IMG/VR virus record: IMGVR_UViG_3300037422_000398 | Span: 1 to 28,589 of that record | Source of the DNA: a virus | Lineage: Duplodnaviria; Caudoviricetes | Strand: one strand, 5' to 3' | Length of the DNA stretch: 28,589 nt | Part shown: one piece after another, positions 7,277 to 15,175 of the stretch | Numbering within the stretch: the first letter of the stretch is position 1 | Layout of the letters: the number at the start of each line of letters is the position of its first letter | Notes under the pieces: model-generated | What the model was told of the DNA's origin: nothing | Databases searched by the model: none | The model's input: the letters and a program-made list of their open reading frames with translations, nothing else | Program-made: the position numbers and the translations under genes

Positions 7277-7484
7277 TCTGACCCGGTACAAACTGTTCCG
7301 CGGCAGCTGGAAAGTTGCCGAGCGGAAAGAGAACCTTGGGATCTCCGACGTCGAACTTACCGTCGCGACCTGGAAGAAAGAACACGGCTGCACCAAGGAC
7401 CACAAACATACCTTCCCGTTCGAAGACTGCAACGGCGGGCTTAGCTATACGAAGGAGATCCATGAAGATCGTCTGCGTAAGTGA
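7263..7484 (+). CDS. Hypothetical protein (73 aa)
   Basis: TTG start with AAGGAG upstream; fills the gap between neighbours; typical codon usage. Confidence 0.65.
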   Translation: MATYDLTRYKLFRGSWKVAERKENLGISDVELTVATWKKEHGCTKDHKHTFPFEDCNGGLSYTKEIHEDRLRK

Positions 7485-8094
7485 CACTCATCTTCAGGTC
7501 GGGAACAAGTTCAAGATCCCCGATGGCGATGTGCTAATCCACGCTGGTGACGCCACGCCGAACGGCCGGCTCGAGCACACGGCGCAGTTCGCCGACTGGC
7601 TGTCTCGCCAGCCCCACAAGCACAAGCTCTTCGTCGCTGGAAACCACGACTACGCGTTTCAAGTCCAGCGCGGATACGCCGTGCAGCTGATCGAAGCCGC
7701 TGGTGCCCGCTACCTGGAAGACAGCGGCGTGATAATCGACGGCCGGCTGTTCTGGGGCTCCCCGTGGCAGCCGGAGTTCATGAACTGGGCGTTCAACTTA
7801 CCGCGCGGCCCGGAGCTCAAGCGGCACTGGGACCTGATTCCCGAAGGGACTGACGTCCTGATCACGCACTCTCCACCGCTGGGCATACTGGACATGACCG
7901 ACCGGGGCGAGTACGTCGGCTGTGAAGATCTACGTGACGCAGTTCAGCGTGTGCGCCCCAAGCTGCATGTCTTCGGCCATATCCACGAGTCTCACGGGCA
8001 GGAGCGGCGTGACGATACGCTCTTCGTCAACGCCGCGATCTGTGACTCGCGGTATCGTCCCGGCAACAAGCCCCAGGTGATCGAGCTCAACTGA
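7462..8094 (+). CDS. Calcineurin-like metallophosphoesterase (239FB/MPPED-like)
   Basis: SDTH, HAGD, AGNHD, LITHSPP, HVFGHIHE motifs; AAGGAG RBS, ATG 7462. Confidence 0.93.
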   Translation: MKIVCVSDTHLQVGNKFKIPDGDVLIHAGDATPNGRLEHTAQFADWLSRQPHKHKLFVAGNHDYAFQVQRGYAVQLIEAAGARYLEDSGVIIDGRLFWGSPWQPEFMNWAFNLPRGPELKRHWDLIPEGTDVLITHSPPLGILDMTDRGEYVGCEDLRDAVQRVRPKLHVFGHIHESHGQERRDDTLFVNAAICDSRYRPGNKPQVIELN

Positions 8095-11000
8095 CCGCTT
8101 TCACCAACGGGCTCAACGGCGCGCTGCGCTCCAGGAGTCGCCCGATATCCTGGCCCGGCGCGCCGGCTACCGTCTGCGCCACGTCTATACCGTGGCCGAT
8201 CGTGGGGCCGGCAAAGCTCTGACCCGGCACGCCACCAGCAGCCGCGTCCATGAACGCTTCGTGCCCGAAGACGCCCGTACCCATCACTCCGGACTGCGCC
8301 ATACCTTTCATCAGCATGTCGATCGGGCCACCCAGAGGCTTACCAAGCAGGCTCGCCTTCATTGCGCCCATAGCCATCGCGATCGGGATGTACGTAGCGA
8401 TCATGGTCGTGGGAAGCGTGTTCCCATGCTCCAGTTCGTGGATGCCTCGCCGCAGAATCGTGTTCTGGAAGCTGAACGCGAACTGCTTCAGGTGGAAGAT
8501 CAGCTGCCACATCGGATCCGAACCCCACGTGGGGCGATGCGCAGCGTTCGGGCGCAGCACAGCGCCGTCCACGAACTTGTAGAGCGCGTCCTTTACCTTC
8601 GGGTCGCTTGTGTCGACGTGGTCGCCCGTCGGCTTGTAGCCCTCGAGCCCGAGCTCCTTCATGTACCGCTGGCTGAGCTCGCTGTCACTATTCGCGTGGC
8701 GGATGATGAACCGCTCGCCAGCTGCCACGGCCGCGATGCGCATACGGTCGTTCCAGATGCTCATCCCGTTCCAGCGGAAGAAGCGCTCGTTCACCTGCTT
8801 GAGCCACTTGCTCATGTACGGCCCAGAGTACACGTCGCCGAGCACGGCCAGCTGGAGCGTGTTGTCGATGATGCCCAGGTCTTCGGCCAGCTTGCGGCGC
8901 TCGTCGCTCTTCTCCTTACCGACCATCGCCATGCCCAGCCCGCGGAACCCTTCCGACAGCCCGGCCCAGGCTTCTTTCCAGTCACCGGAGCGGACCGCGA
9001 TCCCCATCGGGTCGACGATAGAGTTCATCAGCGCGAACGGCAGAAGCACGATGTTCTGGTAGGTCGTGAGCGCGTTGAACAACTGCCGTGCCTCACGGCT
9101 GAAGTTGTGGTTCAAAGTGCCCTCGAGTCCGCGCACGATCTTCGCCGCCCGGTCGATCTCGGCGCTGGTGGCACCCTCATCCCGGGCAGCCTTCATCGCG
9201 TTCCGGATCACCTGGCCCTGATTGCCGAAGCGCTGCGCGTACTCAGCCCGGTGCGCGGCCTGAATGATGTAGGTCGAGAGCGTATTCACCATGTCAGTGT
9301 CCATGAACTTCTCGAAGTCACGCACGTTGGTCTGGTTGATGAAGTCCAGCGTACGGCGCTGGATGTTCTTCAGGTACGGCGTGTAGCCGACATGGTGGTC
9401 GTTCTCAGCCAGGTTGATCTGGCCGTCCTTGTCGGTCAAGGCATGAAACACCTCGTTCGCCTCGCTCACGGTCATGTTGCCGTGCTGAAGCAACAGCGCA
9501 AGGAACTCCCGGCGCCCGGTCCGGAGCTTCGCCGGATCCCACGCGCGGGGGTAGTAGTCCTTGATGAACCCGAGCTCGACCTCGGTGATCTTGCCGGACT
9601 GGTCCTTGTCCAGGCGCTTCACACCCTTGGATTTCATGTACGCGTGCATGTCGTCCAGCAGCGTGCGCACACCGGACGCGATAGCTTGGGCCTCGGGCGT
9701 GTCCGCCGGCTCGTTCCGGATCAGGCTCTGCCACGCCTTAGCAATGGTCTCCCGCGAGGCGTTGCCGGTCAGCCGCGCAACCCGGTTCATGTAGATGGCG
9801 CGCTGCTTGTTCACGGCCTGAATGAACGGCAGATCGCCGCCCTGTTCCCGCTCTGCCTCACGGTAGAAGAGATCGGCGATGTCGGTCAGGGACTTGAACC
9901 CGATGCCACGCAGCTGATCGGTGCCGCTGGTGAGGATCTTGTCGCCCACGTCTGCCAACGGCTTAGCGACACGGTTGATCTTGTCCTTGAGGGTCTCGAG
10001 TTGCAGATCACGCAGCACCGCGCCCGCGGTGCTGGGCGTGTTGAACTTACCCTGGTCGAACGCCACGAGCAGCTGCTCGACCTTGTCCTCTTGGGACAGG
10101 ATACCCATCATGTTGCGGAAGAACTGCGCAATGCGCGTGAAGAAGTTGTTGGTCGCGGGCCCGAGCGTGAGCTTGCCCTCAGCCCAGAACTGATACGCGT
10201 AGGCCGCAGCCTCTTCGGGATCCTTCATCGCGTCTTCGATCGCCGTCGGGTGGTCCTTGAGCAGCCGCTTCAGCTGGTTCATCACGTACGGCTTCGATAA
10301 AGCTGACTTGATTTCTTCCCAGGTTTTCCGTTGCAGTTCATCAGCTTTGTTGAGGGTCGCGAATAGATCATGAATAGATTCGTGGCGAACCACGTTCATC
10401 AGGTTGCTGCCCACGCCGAGCCCGATGCTGATCAGGCGCTCCGTCGGGTTGTACAGCCCCGACCCACCGATCATGCGCACGAACTCCACCTTGATGTCCT
10501 TGCCGCGGCGCTTCACGATCTCCGCAATGGCTTTGTCCTTCTCCTCTTGAGTAAGCGTCGTCTGCGGGCCCCAGGCGAACTCAGCATTGCGGAAGCCCTT
10601 CTTGCGCGCGTCGAGCCACGCCGCAGATACCTGCTCCTTCAATTCCTTGACGGCCGCGATGAACTTCTCCTGTTCCGCTTCCGATAGTTTGTCCCAGCCC
10701 GGGGTCTCCGTCATGAACATGTCTTCATCGGCCGTGTTGCCGAAGACAGCGTCTTGGAGGCGGTACAGAACCTCCCGGCGCATTTCCCATTCCGTGTACG
10801 CCTTGTCGTCGTCCGAGCTCGGCTCGGGGTCCTTCATCAAATCGATAGCGCGCCGAGCCGCGGCGCGCACGAACGCGAACGACTTTTCAGGGGTGTTCAG
10901 CACGGAATAGTCGTCGTTGAGCACGACCTCATCGACGCGCTTGGCCCAAGCATCCGGCAGCTTGTCCGGCAGCACGTCGCCACTGGGCAGCTGCAGGCCC

Positions 11001-14000
11001 TTGCGCGGCTTCAGCTGCTCCATGTGCAGGACATCCAGCGTGCTCGCGAGAGCGTCTTGCTCGCTCATTCCCGCCTTCACGTTGTAGTTGTACTGAGTAG
11101 CGGCCATCAGGACGTGCTCGCCAGATACCGGGGCATAGCTGCTCATAGCCTTGGCCAGCGCCGGGTACTCTTCCCCGATGGCTTTCTGGATCTGCTCCGG
11201 GCTCATCTCTTCGACGGTGTACAGCGCGAAGTCAGGATCGCTGGCGCGCTCGACCATAGACTTTGCGATATCGCTCGGATACATCAGGGACAACTTCGCC
11301 ATCTGCCCCTTGTCGATCGCTTGGAACACCTGGTTCAAGACCTGGTCGCCAGTCATCTGCGCCAACAGATCCTTGATGATCGAGAACACACGCTCGAGCA
11401 CGCTGTCCTTGGCTTCCAGCTTCAGCTTGCCGGAGCGCCAGAACGAGTAGGCCTGCGCGAACATCTCCTCCGGGTTGAGCGTGAAGTACTCGGTGGCGAT
11501 GCCCTGATCTTTCAGGATCTGCAGCACTTGTTTCTTGATGTGCGGCTTGTTGGCCAGCTGCACCACTTGCTTGGCCACGTCTTTACCGTGGCGCACGGAC
11601 AGCGCCGACACAGCGACGTGCGCGATCTCGTGATCCGCCACTTCGTCTGCGTTCATGCCGGACGCCAGGATAGCGTCGAGCGTGCCGAGCCAGATAGTGG
11701 CCTCACCACCGATGATCTCGTTCGCGCCGCTCACATCCTTCTCAGCCCCCGGGGACCCCAAGACGTTGGCCAGCTTGCCGACGGTCTTGTCGATGCGGTC
11801 GATCAAGTTCTTGCGGAGCGTGTCGCTGAGCTCGTCCAGGCTGATCTTCTTGTTGCTGCCTTTCAGGTAACGGCCGAAGATGCTCTTGAACAGTTCGTTG
11901 GTCTCCGCACTGAGTCCAGACTGATCTTTCGGCGCGCCGCCCGGGTTACGTCGTTCGTCCCGGGCCCGGTCAGCACGCATCTCTTCGCGCACGACGCTCG
12001 GGATCAGCGGCTCGCCGGCTTCGAGCATGGCTTTCTCGGTGGCCTCGAGAGCGTCCGCGTCCATCTCCTCGATTTCCGCCACACCCGAGTCGCGCTTGCG
12101 CTTGATCGGACGGAACTTCGGACCGGGTTTGCGTGTAGTTACCGACGACGGTCCGGCAACCCGACGAAGAATTTCATCAACTTTTTGCGCGTCAGACATA
12201 CTCTTCAGCATTTTGGCCGTTCGCGCTTCGTCGGGCGAAAGCTGATATTGCCGCTGTTCGATCGCCTCGTAGTCGTACCAGGTGCCGGTCTCGGCGTCAT
12301 ACTCGACGCCCGGCGCGTAATCGTCGCTGACATCACCAATGCCCTCGACGTTCACGGGCGGGTTCTCCAGCGGCTGGCGCGGCATCTTCACACCCGGGAT
12401 CCCAGTGCTGCGCGCCTTGACGTCACCCCAAGTGAGTCCAGTAGCGCGGTCGATCAGCAGATCGTCACGCAGACCCGGGATCGACGTAACGTCGTCCCGG
12501 AGCCGCAGCCCGCCGAGACCCTCCATGAACATGCGCGCGATGAAGGCGCGCTTACTTTCCCCTCGATACGTCTCACCCAGCTTCTGCATCTTCTTGGCCC
12601 AGGTCTTCCAGATGCTCTCGGCCGACACGTTCACGGTCTTGCCCTGGTCGCCGACCTCGATAGAGAACAAGGTGGCCTTGCGCTTGGCGTCAGCCTCTTT
12701 GTCTCGGGTCTGGCCCTTGTCCTGAAGGGTTCGCATCTGAGCGAACTCGCTATCGGTGACGTCGAACTCGTTAGCCGGGATCCCGGTGTCCTCCATCACG
12801 AAGAACTGCTCGAGCACGTCGTCGTCAGACAAACGGTTGAGCAACTCCACGCGCTCGGCTAGCCGGCGGGTCTCAGCCAGGGCATTCGGCGTGACCAGCT
12901 GCCGGGCATAGTCGTACCGTGCCTGGGCCTTCGTCCTCTCCTCGGGCGTCTTCGCCGCCTCTACCGCAGCCTTGCGCTTAGCGACCTCCTCAACCGAGCC
13001 CTGCTGCCGGCGGTTGCTCAGGCGCGATGCAGCTTTGGCGCGCAGCCGCGCCGCCGTCGGACCAGCACTGTGGCCGGTCTGGCGCAGCATGTGGCCGACG
13101 CTCACGACCTTGCCGGTACGCTTGCCCTCTTGCCGGAGCTTGCGTGCTTCTTCCTTGCTCTCGAACGGCTCGTTCTCCTCACCAACGCGCCGGAAATGGT
13201 AACGGGCTTCCGGCGTCTCGTGCGTGGTCATCTGCGCTTCAGGCGCGTCGGGGTCGACGTCCGCATCGTCGTCGGACAACAGTACGCGCTCAGCGACCGG
13301 GACGGTCTTGTCCTTCCCGAGCTCTTTGCCATGCGCCTCCATGTAGTAGTTGAGCACGTCGTTCAGCTGCTCTTCGCCGCCGAACACCTGGGACAGCGCA
13401 CCGATCGCGGCCGCAGTCTGCGCCTTATCCTTCCCCAAGCCTTGGGTGATCAAGCGGTCGATCAGCCGACCGAGCTCCTCGGCGGCCTCGGGGTCGTTGT
13501 CCAGGTGCTCCGCGGCCTCGGGCACGACGCTCCGGCGCAGGACGCTGTTTACGTCGCTGGCGTCGAAGCTGGCGCGCGCCACGCGGCCCAGGCTGGACGA
13601 CAGGTTCGGCGAACCGATGGCGTTGGCCACTTGCTGGAACGTGGCGACCGGGTTGTCGAACATGCGGGTGAGGTTCGCGACGGCCTTGATGCGCTCGTCG
13701 CTTAGTTCCTGCTCCGCGCCGCCGGCGAGCGCCCGCGCGATCTGCCGCACGTAGGCGATCACTTGCTGGTTGCCCTGGTAGCCCTCTTTCAGGTTGGCGT
13801 TGAGTACCTGTAGCACGTTCTGGAACGTGGCTTCGGGCGTCTCGGCGCTGCGCTTCACGCCCTCCTGCGCGCCTGCGGCGACGCCTTTGGCCAGCGCTTT
13901 CCCTTTTGCCCACGCCTTCTCGAACTTCGAGACCACATCTGCAGCCACTTTCCCGGCGCGTGAAGCAAAGTGTGCGTTTGCCACCGCTTCTTGCGCCTCC

Positions 14001-15166
14001 GGGGAATCGAACGCGCCCTTAAACTTAGCGAGCGCCCTCTTTACTTCGGCGGTGGTCTCCGGATCCCTGATCATGGCCGCCGCCATATCGGCAGCGCGCT
14101 TGGCACGCGACACGCCGGCCGCGGTCAGCTTGCGGCCGAACTCGTAGGGGTCGTCGTCATAAAGCAACGGGTTGGCATCGCCAAGCTTCAGATCGACGGC
14201 TGAGTGGTCCGCGTCGTCCCTGACCTGGCCCGGGAAGGCACGCCTCACGAACTCGGCGGTGTTGCCACCCGTCTCGCGCGCGGCGTCGATCAGCCCCTTG
14301 GCGGCGCCGATCGGGCGCGTCGCCACTTGCATGCCGCCGCCAACGATGGCGCCGGATGCCGCCGCGTTCAGCATGCGGCTGGTGTCGTCCAACTTGTCGC
14401 GATTCGGATTCAGGTAGTCCTCGGCGGTGATCCCCGTGAACTCCTGCGCCCCCTCGGTCGCGGCCTCACTTAGCGCAGCGCGCGTGACGCCCTTGGTCAG
14501 CTGGCGGACACCAGGCACGCGGGCGAGGCCGGCGGGCACGAGACCCTCAAGCGCGCCGGCCACCACGCCCTTGGTGGTCGCCACTTTATCGCGGAGATCC
14601 ACGGGCTGAGCGGCCTGGGCCGGGTCTTGGTACTGCGCCAAGATCTGGTCGGCGCGCTCCATCGCGATGGCCGGAGCCGTGGCGCCAGCGTAGCCCCCGG
14701 CGAGCGCACCGGGCGGACCAGCAAGCAGCCCGCCGGCCACGCCGCCGGCCAGACCACCGGCGACCGAGGGCAACATGGTCGGTGCGCCTTGAGCGAAGGC
14801 ACCCTGGGCCCAGTCGATCGCGTCACCTACGCCGCCGATATCTTCGAGCTTCGAGACGCGCGGACCGAGCGCGTTGGCGTCCTCCATCGCTATCTGGGCA
14901 CGGCGCAGCTTCGAGCGGAACCGCTCCTGGTCGCCGGCCTTCTCAGCGGCGAGCGCCTCCGACGCCGACGACGCGGCTGACTGCCCCAGCAGGCCGGTCC
15001 GGAGCCCGCGGAGGACATCTGCAGACTTCGGGAACAGCGATTCCTGGAACGTCTTGTCGTCTACCGGCCTCGCTGGGGCACGCAGATCGATCGGCGCGCC
15101 CCCAGTGTTCGAACCGCTGACATCGAACGGATCCTTACTCGCGCGGTCGCGAAGGTCGATCGGCAT
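8087..15166 (-). CDS. Giant internal virion/ejection protein (2359 aa), polyvalent-protein-like, with two zincin-like HExxH modules
   Basis: Last gene of the late operon; AAGGA RBS; N-terminal glycine zipper; HEIAH...EEMFA and HESIH...EEAAA; helical C-terminal region with hydrophobic segments resembling podoviral ejectosome proteins. Confidence 0.8.
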   Translation of the reverse strand: MPIDLRDRASKDPFDVSGSNTGGAPIDLRAPARPVDDKTFQESLFPKSADVLRGLRTGLLGQSAASSASEALAAEKAGDQERFRSKLRRAQIAMEDANALGPRVSKLEDIGGVGDAIDWAQGAFAQGAPTMLPSVAGGLAGGVAGGLLAGPPGALAGGYAGATAPAIAMERADQILAQYQDPAQAAQPVDLRDKVATTKGVVAGALEGLVPAGLARVPGVRQLTKGVTRAALSEAATEGAQEFTGITAEDYLNPNRDKLDDTSRMLNAAASGAIVGGGMQVATRPIGAAKGLIDAARETGGNTAEFVRRAFPGQVRDDADHSAVDLKLGDANPLLYDDDPYEFGRKLTAAGVSRAKRAADMAAAMIRDPETTAEVKRALAKFKGAFDSPEAQEAVANAHFASRAGKVAADVVSKFEKAWAKGKALAKGVAAGAQEGVKRSAETPEATFQNVLQVLNANLKEGYQGNQQVIAYVRQIARALAGGAEQELSDERIKAVANLTRMFDNPVATFQQVANAIGSPNLSSSLGRVARASFDASDVNSVLRRSVVPEAAEHLDNDPEAAEELGRLIDRLITQGLGKDKAQTAAAIGALSQVFGGEEQLNDVLNYYMEAHGKELGKDKTVPVAERVLLSDDDADVDPDAPEAQMTTHETPEARYHFRRVGEENEPFESKEEARKLRQEGKRTGKVVSVGHMLRQTGHSAGPTAARLRAKAASRLSNRRQQGSVEEVAKRKAAVEAAKTPEERTKAQARYDYARQLVTPNALAETRRLAERVELLNRLSDDDVLEQFFVMEDTGIPANEFDVTDSEFAQMRTLQDKGQTRDKEADAKRKATLFSIEVGDQGKTVNVSAESIWKTWAKKMQKLGETYRGESKRAFIARMFMEGLGGLRLRDDVTSIPGLRDDLLIDRATGLTWGDVKARSTGIPGVKMPRQPLENPPVNVEGIGDVSDDYAPGVEYDAETGTWYDYEAIEQRQYQLSPDEARTAKMLKSMSDAQKVDEILRRVAGPSSVTTRKPGPKFRPIKRKRDSGVAEIEEMDADALEATEKAMLEAGEPLIPSVVREEMRADRARDERRNPGGAPKDQSGLSAETNELFKSIFGRYLKGSNKKISLDELSDTLRKNLIDRIDKTVGKLANVLGSPGAEKDVSGANEIIGGEATIWLGTLDAILASGMNADEVADHEIAHVAVSALSVRHGKDVAKQVVQLANKPHIKKQVLQILKDQGIATEYFTLNPEEMFAQAYSFWRSGKLKLEAKDSVLERVFSIIKDLLAQMTGDQVLNQVFQAIDKGQMAKLSLMYPSDIAKSMVERASDPDFALYTVEEMSPEQIQKAIGEEYPALAKAMSSYAPVSGEHVLMAATQYNYNVKAGMSEQDALASTLDVLHMEQLKPRKGLQLPSGDVLPDKLPDAWAKRVDEVVLNDDYSVLNTPEKSFAFVRAAARRAIDLMKDPEPSSDDDKAYTEWEMRREVLYRLQDAVFGNTADEDMFMTETPGWDKLSEAEQEKFIAAVKELKEQVSAAWLDARKKGFRNAEFAWGPQTTLTQEEKDKAIAEIVKRRGKDIKVEFVRMIGGSGLYNPTERLISIGLGVGSNLMNVVRHESIHDLFATLNKADELQRKTWEEIKSALSKPYVMNQLKRLLKDHPTAIEDAMKDPEEAAAYAYQFWAEGKLTLGPATNNFFTRIAQFFRNMMGILSQEDKVEQLLVAFDQGKFNTPSTAGAVLRDLQLETLKDKINRVAKPLADVGDKILTSGTDQLRGIGFKSLTDIADLFYREAEREQGGDLPFIQAVNKQRAIYMNRVARLTGNASRETIAKAWQSLIRNEPADTPEAQAIASGVRTLLDDMHAYMKSKGVKRLDKDQSGKITEVELGFIKDYYPRAWDPAKLRTGRREFLALLLQHGNMTVSEANEVFHALTDKDGQINLAENDHHVGYTPYLKNIQRRTLDFINQTNVRDFEKFMDTDMVNTLSTYIIQAAHRAEYAQRFGNQGQVIRNAMKAARDEGATSAEIDRAAKIVRGLEGTLNHNFSREARQLFNALTTYQNIVLLPFALMNSIVDPMGIAVRSGDWKEAWAGLSEGFRGLGMAMVGKEKSDERRKLAEDLGIIDNTLQLAVLGDVYSGPYMSKWLKQVNERFFRWNGMSIWNDRMRIAAVAAGERFIIRHANSDSELSQRYMKELGLEGYKPTGDHVDTSDPKVKDALYKFVDGAVLRPNAAHRPTWGSDPMWQLIFHLKQFAFSFQNTILRRGIHELEHGNTLPTTMIATYIPIAMAMGAMKASLLGKPLGGPIDMLMKGMAQSGVMGTGVFGHEAFMDAAAGGVPGQSFAGPTIGHGIDVAQTVAGAPGQDIGRLLERSAPLSPLVKAVS

Positions 15167-15175
15167 CGTGCTTCC

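Noticed and set aside
596-7461. Upstream-extended starts in the ORF track (596, 1077, 2762, 3606, 4456, 5997, 7315)
   Set aside because: The extensions overlap real upstream genes and are low-complexity. Downstream starts with RBS or stop-start coupling (728, 1263, 3107, 3873, 4582, 6225, 7462) fit better.
8192-12862. Two + strand ORFs of exactly 702 aa each (8192..10300 and 10754..12862)
   Set aside because: They are antisense shadows of the 2359-aa gene: in codon register with it, rich in L/V/H/R/D/E as expected from reverse-complemented GC-biased codons, and without motifs. The equal length appears coincidental.
8087-15166. Giant ORF as an N4-type virion RNA polymerase
   Set aside because: Shorter than N4 vRNAP (about 3500 aa), and I could not recognise single-subunit RNAP catalytic motifs. 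A profile search would be needed to exclude it formally.
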